From Nonlabens ponticola (GTDB taxonomy: Bacteria > Bacteroidota > Bacteroidia > Flavobacteriales > Flavobacteriaceae), in contig NZ_CP034549.1 in NCBI RefSeq assembly GCF_003966335.1, forward strand, positions 840,001-872,000: DNA of 32,000 nt. Direction: 5' to 3'. The notes below the pieces were generated by a model. That model worked only from the letters and a program-made list of their open reading frames with translations, did not search any database and was not told the origin of the DNA. How positions within the stretch are numbered: position 1 is the stretch's first letter; each line of letters starts with the position of its first letter. Made by a program: the position numbers and the translations under genes. Positions 16,835 through 23,961 of this stretch are shown piece by piece.

Positions 16835-17356
16835 TTATTGTCGCACCAATGTATAAGTTCCTTGTGCTTGAAAGCTGTAGTCGTCCTCAATGTCATTAAT
16901 CTCAAAGAGTAAATCAAATCCTTCACTGGAAAAATTGTCAATCGTGGTGATTGCACCATCATTTTCAGAAAGTATTAGTGAATTCCCGTCTAAAGAATAT
17001 CTACCATCTAGATCTAGCGTATTTGTCTCTACCTCTGTATATTCAAAGCCTTCATCTTTATAATCAGTAGTAGTGGTAAAGCTTCCAGTAGTCGACACGC
17101 GACCGTTATCAGTAAAAGTAAAAGTCACATTATTAAAGTCACTACCTACTTGTGTAAAAGTCTCTGTCCTGGTCATTCCATCAAAAGTATCAGTTTCTGA
17201 TCCGCTAGTATTGACAGCAATAACATCATAGGTTCCCACAAAATTAGCCATGGTCAATTCATTAGGATCTGTTGTACCGTTATCATCATCTTCCTCAGTG
17301 CACGAGAATAGAAATAAAGACATAATGGCAAAACTTAACAGGGTAATCTTTTTCAT
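16835..17356 (-). CDS. Hypothetical lipoprotein (lipocalin-like size, Thr/Asp rich)
   Basis: Lipobox MKKITLLSFAIMSLFLFSC followed by an acidic linker. It lies 35 nt upstream of the next gene, so they are probably co-transcribed. Confidence 0.55.
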   Translation of the reverse strand: MKKITLLSFAIMSLFLFSCTEEDDDNGTTDPNELTMANFVGTYDVIAVNTSGSETDTFDGMTRTETFTQVGSDFNNVTFTFTDNGRVSTTGSFTTTTDYKDEGFEYTEVETNTLDLDGRYSLDGNSLILSENDGAITTIDNFSSEGFDLLFEINDIEDDYSFQAQGTYTLVRQ

Positions 17357-17459
17357 AGGGTATAATTTAAATGGAGATTTCTATCCAATTTTATGATCAC
17401 GGTAGATCTAACGAATTTAGATGAGACTATTGGAGATGTAAGAATTTATTTAAGCTGAA

Positions 17460-18638
17460 TCATACAAACGCATTCTCGCCTGTAATATCTAGTCCAGTAA
17501 TCAGCAAGTGGATATCGTGTGTTCCTTCATAGGTGATCACGCTCTCTAGGTTCATGCTATGACGCATGATACTGTATTCTCCAGTTATTCCCATGCCGCC
17601 TAGAATCTGGCGTGCCTCGCGTGCGATATTGATGGCGATTTCTACATTATTACGTTTAGCCATGGAGATTTGTGCACTGGTAGCGCGACCTTCTTCACGC
17701 AATACGCCTAGTCGCCATGCAAGCAATTGAGCTTTTGTGATTTCAGTAATCATCTCTGCCAGTTTCTTTTGTTGCAACTGGAATCCCGCAATCGGTTTGC
17801 CAAATTGTTTGCGCTGTTTTGCATATCTCAATGCTGTATCATAACAATCCATGGCAGCACCTATCGCGCCCCATGCAATCCCAAATCGTGCGGAATCCAG
17901 GCAGCTCAGCGGTGCGCCCAATCCAGATCTACCAGGTAGAATGTTGCTTTTAGGGATTTTTACATCCTGAAAAATGAGTTCACCAGTCGCGCTTGCTCTC
18001 AAGGACCATTTGTTGTGAGTCTCTGGTGTGGTAAATCCTTCCATACCACGTTCTACTATTACACCGTGTATGCGGTCGTTTTCATCCTTGGCCCAGACAA
18101 CTGCCACATCACAAAACGGACTATTAGAGATCCATAATTTGGCGCCATTTAATATGATGTGATCGCCATCTTTTTTGAATCTGGTAATCATGCCGCCAGG
18201 ATTTGATCCATGATCAGGTTCAGTCAAACCAAAGGATCCCATAAACTCACCACTGGCAAGCTTAGGCAAGAATTTTTTCTTCTGTTCCTCGGTACCGTAT
18301 TTCCAGATGGGATACATCACCAGCGAGGATTGTACTGATGCCGTTGACCGCACACCGCTATCGCCACGCTCTAGTTCCTGCATGATCAAGCCGTAGGAAA
18401 TTTGGTCTAATCCTGCACCACCATATTCTTCTGGAATGTAAGGGCCAAAACCACCTATCGACGCTAGTCCAGGAATGATACTTTTAGGAAAAGTCGCTGA
18501 TTGTGCGGCCTCTTCAATGATAGGCGACACGTCACGCTTGACCCACGATCTTGCTGCATCGCGTATCATCTTGTGTTCTTCACTCAACAAATCATCTAGC
18601 TGATAATAATCTGGCGCCTCAAACAGGTCTGGTTTCAT
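17460..18638 (-). CDS. gcdH: Acyl-CoA dehydrogenase, glutaryl-CoA dehydrogenase-like
   Basis: The track start 18644 is TTG. ATG 18638 gives MKPDLFEAPDYYQLDDLLSEEHKMIRDAARSW. ACAD motifs appear throughout, and the C-terminus is YEGTHDIHLLITGLDITG. Confidence 0.82.
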   Translation of the reverse strand: MKPDLFEAPDYYQLDDLLSEEHKMIRDAARSWVKRDVSPIIEEAAQSATFPKSIIPGLASIGGFGPYIPEEYGGAGLDQISYGLIMQELERGDSGVRSTASVQSSLVMYPIWKYGTEEQKKKFLPKLASGEFMGSFGLTEPDHGSNPGGMITRFKKDGDHIILNGAKLWISNSPFCDVAVVWAKDENDRIHGVIVERGMEGFTTPETHNKWSLRASATGELIFQDVKIPKSNILPGRSGLGAPLSCLDSARFGIAWGAIGAAMDCYDTALRYAKQRKQFGKPIAGFQLQQKKLAEMITEITKAQLLAWRLGVLREEGRATSAQISMAKRNNVEIAINIAREARQILGGMGITGEYSIMRHSMNLESVITYEGTHDIHLLITGLDITGENAFV

Positions 18639-18735
18639 AATCAAGAATTAGGATTGCAAAATACCCATTTATCAATAATCGATGTTGTATTCTGCACTTT
18701 TAATAATGGTCGCGATTATGGCGACGACCTTGTAC

Positions 18736-19470
18736 TTACATGTTGAGATAAAAATCACGAGTTAATTGAATGTAGTCCTCAGTATAATCGTGACGTCCTT
18801 TCTCTATGGTTAAATGATTGATTGTTATTTCGCTTTCCTGCCTCGCCGGCAGGCAGGCGCGAAAGCTAACTTCTAACAAGCATCTTTTTACCTCACTCGA
18901 TTCTGCACCTCGCACGTACATCTTACGCTTTGTGTAAAGCTGAAAATGATTTGCGATTTTAACGAACTCCTCTTCTCTATCTGCTGGAATAATACAAGCA
19001 AACCTTCCATTGCTAGCAAGTAATTTGTAAACTCCATAGATCAGTTCTTCAAAAGGTAGCGCATTATCAAATCTGGCTTGCTGTCTAGCTTGGTCCATTC
19101 CTGTATCAACTGTAGCAGCTTGAAAAAACGGTGGATTGCTGATGATCAAATCATAACGATCATCTACTTCTTCATAAAATTCTTGAAACGACGCGTGGTA
19201 GCAGTACAGTCGATCTGCCCAAATGCTGTTTTCAAAATTTGAGGTACATTGTTCAAAGGCTTCGGTATCCAGCTCTACTGCATCAATCTGTGCATGGTGA
19301 TTGCGTTGCGCCATCATCAAACTAATCAACCCAGTACCAGCACCTATATCCAGTATAGAGTTTGCCTCGTTAGCATTTACCCATGCACCTAAAAGGACAC
19401 CATCGGTACCTACTTTTTGTGCGCAGCGATCCTGCTCGATGGTAAATTGTTTGAACTTGAAAGTGGACAT
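18736..19470 (-). CDS. tRNA (adenine-N6)-methyltransferase, YfiC/TrmN6-like
   Basis: FKFKQFTIEQDRCAQKVGTDGVLLGAW, SAM motif ILDIGAGTGLISLM, and the catalytic NPPF. Confidence 0.82.
   Translation of the reverse strand: MSTFKFKQFTIEQDRCAQKVGTDGVLLGAWVNANEANSILDIGAGTGLISLMMAQRNHHAQIDAVELDTEAFEQCTSNFENSIWADRLYCYHASFQEFYEEVDDRYDLIISNPPFFQAATVDTGMDQARQQARFDNALPFEELIYGVYKLLASNGRFACIIPADREEEFVKIANHFQLYTKRKMYVRGAESSEVKRCLLEVSFRACLPARQESEITINHLTIEKGRHDYTEDYIQLTRDFYLNM
18831..18869. repeat. Palindrome family copy 7, a composite: the core is split by a 21-nt GC-rich nested palindrome
   Basis: CGCTTTC + CTGCCTCGCCGGCAGGCAGGC (18838-18858) + GCGAAAGCTAA. It is read on the minus strand as S-F-R-[A-C-L-P-A-R-Q]-E-S. 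Confidence 0.9.
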
Positions 19471-19472
19471 GG

Positions 19473-20000
19473 TTATGACAGATAAAGATCTATCAAACCG
19501 TCCGGTGTATTGACCTCAATTACTTTATTCTCTCGATCTACTTTATTGATAAATTCATCATTGATTGGTATCAATACCTCATCACCATTATTGTCAATCT
19601 CGAACAAAGCCTGTGATGTGGTGTCGTTAACGCCTGTTATAGTGCCTACCTCACCATAATTTTCATCAATAATGGTAAAGCCAATGATCTCGTGAAAGTA
19701 AAACTTGTCGCCATCTAGGGCTGGTAATGCAGTAAGCGGTAGGTACAACTCGCGCTTCATCATACTGTCGGCCGCTGGCTCATCATCTATGTCCTCAAAC
19801 TTGACGCGCAGCAGCATAGATTTATGCAACTGGCTGCGTTCAACAAAAAATGGAACCAAATCTTTACCTATCTCGATAAAGACTGATTCCATTTCTAGAA
19901 AAAGTTCTGGCTCGTCTGTGTCTAGTTTGACAAGCAGCTCACCTTTAAAACTAAATTTATTGACAATTGTACCTACGTAAAAACAATCTTCCTTACGCAT
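19473..20000 (-). CDS. rimM: Ribosome maturation factor RimM
   Basis: 175 aa with a PRC-barrel-like C-terminus. It has the conserved position between rpsP and the tRNA methyltransferase gene. Confidence 0.85.
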   Translation of the reverse strand: MRKEDCFYVGTIVNKFSFKGELLVKLDTDEPELFLEMESVFIEIGKDLVPFFVERSQLHKSMLLRVKFEDIDDEPAADSMMKRELYLPLTALPALDGDKFYFHEIIGFTIIDENYGEVGTITGVNDTTSQALFEIDNNGDEVLIPINDEFINKVDRENKVIEVNTPDGLIDLYLS

Positions 20001-20013
20001 GGTTCAATATGAT

Positions 20014-20526
20014 TTACTCTTCTTCGCTTGATGCGTCAGTAGCTGCATCTTGAGCAGCTGGCTCTTCTACAGCAGGCTCTGGAGTATTTGCAGCGATACG
20101 TGCTTCATTTACTGCTTTCTCAGCTTCAAGAGCTTTGGCAGCTTCTTTCTCTTCGGCAGCTTGCAGTCCAGATGCTTTGTCAGCAATCTTTCCTTCTTTT
20201 TCACTTACCCAAGAATTGAATTTTTCTTCCATTTGCTCTTCAGTAAATGCTCCTTTTTTCACACCACCTTTAAGGTGTCTTTTAAGCATCACACCTTTGT
20301 AGCTCAAGATTCCTCTTGCAGTGTCAGTAGGTTGTGCACCGTTTTCTAACCACTTTACAGATCCATCAACGTCTAGGTTGATAGTTGCTGGGTTTGTATT
20401 AGGGTTGTAAGTTCCTAGTTTCTCTAGGTATTTACCATCTCTCTTTGAGCGAGAGTCTGCAGCGACGATCCAGTAAAATGGTTTTCCTTTTTTACCGTGT
20501 CTTTGAAGTCTGATTTTTACAGGCAT
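20014..20526 (-). CDS. rpsP: 30S ribosomal protein S16 with an Ala/Glu-rich C-terminal extension
   Basis: [42 protein letters not shown] is canonical S16. An extra low-complexity tail of about 80 aa follows. Confidence 0.92.
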   Translation of the reverse strand: MPVKIRLQRHGKKGKPFYWIVAADSRSKRDGKYLEKLGTYNPNTNPATINLDVDGSVKWLENGAQPTDTARGILSYKGVMLKRHLKGGVKKGAFTEEQMEEKFNSWVSEKEGKIADKASGLQAAEEKEAAKALEAEKAVNEARIAANTPEPAVEEPAAQDAATDASSEEE

Positions 20527-20573
20527 AACATTAAATTTGTGGGTTCCCGACCCTGATTATTAATTTGAGGTTG

Positions 20574-20581
20574 CAAAAGTA
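20574..20581 (-). promoter_or_regulatory. Candidate -7 box TACTTTTG upstream of rpsP
   Basis: Exact TAnnTTTG on the minus strand, about 48 nt upstream of ATG 20526. Confidence 0.4.
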
Positions 20582-20621
20582 TCATTATTTTAATTATCAA
20601 CAAGGTGTCTTTTTAAATAAT

Positions 20622-20629
20622 TACTTTTG
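20622..20629 (+). promoter_or_regulatory. Candidate -7 box TACTTTTG upstream of the lipoprotein gene
   Basis: Exact TAnnTTTG, 20 nt upstream of ATG 20650. Confidence 0.35.
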
Positions 20630-20649
20630 GCTCTTAAAATTCTAACTGC

Positions 20650-21465
20650 ATGACTTTCAAAAAAGTACTCCTTATTATGCTTGCCACGATAGCCTTTTAT
20701 TCTTGTGAGGATAACTTGGACGTGGACAACAAGCCAGCGATACAGGCATTGCGCAATAACGAGTTCTTTGATGCTAGAGAGATGAGTGCCACCACTAATA
20801 GTGATGGTACCGTGACTATTGTTGGTCAAAGCGTACAGGATCGATTGGAAATAAATATCTCTTCATCAAATCCCAGTATCTATGTACTGGGACAAGGAAG
20901 TCCTAATGAGGCAAAATATACCGTTAACAACAGTATAGTTTTTTCAACTCGTACAGGAGACAGCAACGGTGTCGTTGAGGTTGAGCCTAGTCTTGAGGAC
21001 GGCACTATCTCGGGAACTTTTAACTTTATAAGCTTTTTGCCTAATGCTACAGACACGTTGGTTATGCGTCGTGGTGTGTTCTATCAGGTGCCATTCGGTT
21101 CTCAGGTTGGATCTAGTGTAGTTAACAATTTATCCGCAAGAATTGCTGGCGAGAACTTTAGACCTACTAGTGTGAACCCGCAAAATAATAATGACCTTGT
21201 AACCGTCACAGCAACAGGTAGTACGCGACAAGTGGTATTGAGTTTTCCTGATAACATTGCCGTAGGATCCTATGATATCAATGGAGATGGAGATATCGCC
21301 GCAGCGCTAGTAGTAGATGGCAACCAGAATGCCGCAGTGTCAGGTAGGCTAGAGGTAACATCAGTAAATAGGGTCAACGGCCAGGTGAGCGGTACATTTG
21401 AGTTCCTTACAGAGCCGCCAACGAGCATCAATGTCACCAACGGTACTTTTACCGTTACCCTATAA
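20650..21465 (+). CDS. Hypothetical lipoprotein with two tandem homologous domains
   Basis: Lipobox MLATIAFYSC. The two halves end in similar motifs (DGTISGTFNFISF ; NGQVSGTFEFLTE). It may belong to the DUF6252 family, but that is recollection only. Confidence 0.55.
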   Translation: MTFKKVLLIMLATIAFYSCEDNLDVDNKPAIQALRNNEFFDAREMSATTNSDGTVTIVGQSVQDRLEINISSSNPSIYVLGQGSPNEAKYTVNNSIVFSTRTGDSNGVVEVEPSLEDGTISGTFNFISFLPNATDTLVMRRGVFYQVPFGSQVGSSVVNNLSARIAGENFRPTSVNPQNNNDLVTVTATGSTRQVVLSFPDNIAVGSYDINGDGDIAAALVVDGNQNAAVSGRLEVTSVNRVNGQVSGTFEFLTEPPTSINVTNGTFTVTL

Positions 21466-21900
21466 TTTAAGGTACATAAATTTACCGCTGTAATCGATGA
21501 CAGCCTTGCTCGCTACCAGGAAATCTGCGCCCAGCAGTCCTTGAATAGAACGCATGCCTTCGGCCTTGAGTGCGGTGTTGATAAAGGTCATGTCCATGGA
21601 GAGTAGCGTGGTATCCTCATCATTCCAATCGCCTAATTCCAGCATGTTGTTATGAGAGATTCTAGGACGCAGCGAGCCACTTGCGGTCCCTATTTCTTTA
21701 CCCATAAACTCTGTCGTGAGGTCAAAATCCTTGTATAACGCTTGATCGACGCATGTTGCACTCGCGCCAGTGTCAATAATAAACCTGCCTTGATGTCCAT
21801 TTATGCTTGCTTTGGTCACGATATGACCACTCTTTTTGGATAGGCGTATGCGATGTTGCACATAGCCTTTATCAAGTAACAGTTTTTTTAAAGAGGTCAT
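21460..21900 (-). CDS. Retropepsin-like (clan AA) aspartic protease, single domain
   Basis: 146 aa. RFIIDTGASATCVD carries the D-T-G-A catalytic motif. The size fits a monomer that must dimerise. Confidence 0.65.
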   Translation of the reverse strand: MTSLKKLLLDKGYVQHRIRLSKKSGHIVTKASINGHQGRFIIDTGASATCVDQALYKDFDLTTEFMGKEIGTASGSLRPRISHNNMLELGDWNDEDTTLLSMDMTFINTALKAEGMRSIQGLLGADFLVASKAVIDYSGKFMYLKL

Positions 21901-21913
21901 GTGACTTTTGAGA

Positions 21914-21932
21914 ATTACGCTTTCGCGAAAGC
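21914..21932. repeat. Palindrome family copy 8, intergenic (protease/tatD divergent region)
   Basis: ATTACGCTTTCGCGAAAGC. Confidence 0.95.
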
Positions 21933-21939
21933 AAAATTA
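21932..21939 (-). promoter_or_regulatory. Candidate -7 box TAATTTTG upstream of the protease gene, abutting palindrome copy 8
   Basis: Exact TAnnTTTG on the minus strand. Its last G is the first base of the palindrome core. It lies 31 nt upstream of ATG 21900. Confidence 0.3.
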
Positions 21940-22006
21940 TAACAACCCAATCTAACAAGGCACTATTTTATAAACACTACATGATGTGGTTGACAAGTGA
22001 GCCGAA

Positions 22007-22014
22007 TATCTTTG
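22007..22014 (+). promoter_or_regulatory. Candidate -7 box TATCTTTG upstream of tatD
   Basis: Exact TAnnTTTG only 4 nt before ATG 22019, which implies a leaderless or very short-leader mRNA. Confidence 0.3.
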
Positions 22015-22018
22015 CACC

Positions 22019-22789
22019 ATGATATTGACAGATACACACACGCATTTATATAGCGAGCAATTTGACGAGGATAAACAGGAAATGATTCAGCGTGCGATGG
22101 ATCGAGGCGTACAGCGTTTTTTCCTACCAGCAATTGATGCGAGTTATACAGATAGTATGCGTGAATTGAAAAAGGCTTTTCCCGAGAATTTTTTCCTCAT
22201 GAGCGGTTTGCATCCTACACATGTGAAAGATGAGGATATGAATGAGCAATTAGACCATGTCTATGCCCAACTGCAAACTGGTGATTATGTAGCGGTAGGT
22301 GAGATAGGCATTGATTTATATTGGGATAAAAGCACGCTGGATGTACAGGTAGCAGCTTTCAAGAAACAGATAGAATGGTCACTTGAGTTTGAGTTACCCA
22401 TAGTAATTCACTGTCGTGATGCATTTGATGAGGTGTTTGATGTGCTGGAACAATACAAGAACACAAAATTGCACGGTATTTTTCACTGTTTTACAGGAAC
22501 TCAAGAGCAAGCACAGCAAGCGATAGGTTATAATATGAAATTGGGAATAGGTGGCGTAGTAACTTTTAAAAATGGTAAGATTGATAAGTTTTTAGAAGAA
22601 GTGCCGATCGAGCATATTGTACTAGAGACTGATGCACCTTACTTATCACCTACACCGCACCGCGGCAAACGCAACGAGAGTGCTTATCTTAAAATTGTGG
22701 CTCAAAAGGTGGCTGACATCTATGGTTTAAGCCTTGAAGAAACAGCGCGCGTTACCACCTTAAATTCTCGTGAAGTCTTCGGTTGCTAG
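22019..22789 (+). CDS. TatD family metal-dependent hydrolase/DNase
   Basis: MILTDTHTHLYS (HxH), GEIGIDLYW, VIHCRDA, HCFTG and LETDAPYL. Confidence 0.88.
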   Translation: MILTDTHTHLYSEQFDEDKQEMIQRAMDRGVQRFFLPAIDASYTDSMRELKKAFPENFFLMSGLHPTHVKDEDMNEQLDHVYAQLQTGDYVAVGEIGIDLYWDKSTLDVQVAAFKKQIEWSLEFELPIVIHCRDAFDEVFDVLEQYKNTKLHGIFHCFTGTQEQAQQAIGYNMKLGIGGVVTFKNGKIDKFLEEVPIEHIVLETDAPYLSPTPHRGKRNESAYLKIVAQKVADIYGLSLEETARVTTLNSREVFGC

Positions 22790-23961
22790 ATGATGGTTTG
22801 CTTACTTTTGAAGACACTGTAAAATCCCCTAGTTTGTCTTCTTACAACGATATTAGATTCTTTAATGATCCAGAAGTGATTGTCGCGCTCAAGAGTGCCG
22901 TGCGTCACCCGATGATTAAGGAATTGTTCAAATACACTTTTCCTGATAAAGATCAAGAAGAGATCAAAAAGATCGTGTTGAAGTGCGAGAGTATTGATGA
23001 TTTTCAGCGTGAAGTCATTAGCAAAACGGTAGAGCGTATTCTTGAAGACACGTCGGCTGGATTGACGACGAGCGGTTTTGATGATCTTGACTCTAACACA
23101 TCCTATTTATACATCTCCAATCATAGGGATATAGTTTTGGATACCTGTTTGCTCAATTACAAGTTGTTTGAATATGACTTGATACGCACGGCAAATGCCA
23201 TCGGCGATAACCTTGTGACTAGACCATTTGTAAATGCATTGAGTAAATTGACGCGCAATTTTACCGTCAAGCGCGGTGGCACACCTCGAGAGACGCTAGT
23301 AAGTAGTAAAAAGCTGAGTCAATACATCGAGAAATTATTGAAAGAAGATAAGCGCAGTGTCTGGATCGCGCAGCGACAAGGAAGAACTAAAGATGGTAAT
23401 GATCTTACTGAACAAGGCGTGCTCAAAATGATCGCGCTAGCTGCTGGCAAACGGCCGGTTGCTGATTACTTGAACAGCTTGCGCATTATTCCTGTATCGA
23501 TTTCCTATGAATATGATCCTACAGATTTGCTCAAGGTGCCAGAATTGCTTGCCAAACAAGCTGATGAGGAATACATCAAATCAGAAAATGAGGATTTCAA
23601 CTCCATACTTAAAGGTGCGCTGGGTCAAAAGAAACATATCCATATCCATGCTGGCAAGCCGCTAGATATAAAGGATACTGGTGAGCCAACTAACGCATTG
23701 CTTCAAGATGTGGTGGACCACTTAGACACCACTATCCAGAAAAATTACCATTTGTGGCCTACCAATTACATCGCGCACGATTTGTTGAATGATGCCAAAG
23801 AACACCGTACACATTACACAGATAAAGACCTAGCTCAATTTGAACGCAGGTTGCGACTGCGCGTTGATGTGAGTGACAAGGATGCTGTCAACAGTTATTT
23901 ATCAATGTACGCACGACCAGTCACTAATAAACTATTTATAGAACAGCCGCATGAAGCCTAG
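22783..23961 (+). CDS. PlsC-like acyltransferase family protein
   Basis: The SNHRDIVLDT block resembles the acyltransferase H(x)nD motif. The start is uncertain: only TTG codons (22783, 22798) precede the conserved N-terminal region. Confidence 0.55.
   Translation: MLDDGLLTFEDTVKSPSLSSYNDIRFFNDPEVIVALKSAVRHPMIKELFKYTFPDKDQEEIKKIVLKCESIDDFQREVISKTVERILEDTSAGLTTSGFDDLDSNTSYLYISNHRDIVLDTCLLNYKLFEYDLIRTANAIGDNLVTRPFVNALSKLTRNFTVKRGGTPRETLVSSKKLSQYIEKLLKEDKRSVWIAQRQGRTKDGNDLTEQGVLKMIALAAGKRPVADYLNSLRIIPVSISYEYDPTDLLKVPELLAKQADEEYIKSENEDFNSILKGALGQKKHIHIHAGKPLDIKDTGEPTNALLQDVVDHLDTTIQKNYHLWPTNYIAHDLLNDAKEHRTHYTDKDLAQFERRLRLRVDVSDKDAVNSYLSMYARPVTNKLFIEQPHEA

Noticed and set aside
18645-18735. The GGTCGCG...GCGACGACC inverted repeat as a terminator after the rpsP-rimM-methyltransferase operon
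   Set aside because: The stem is imperfect and bulged, and no T run follows on the minus strand. The support is insufficient.
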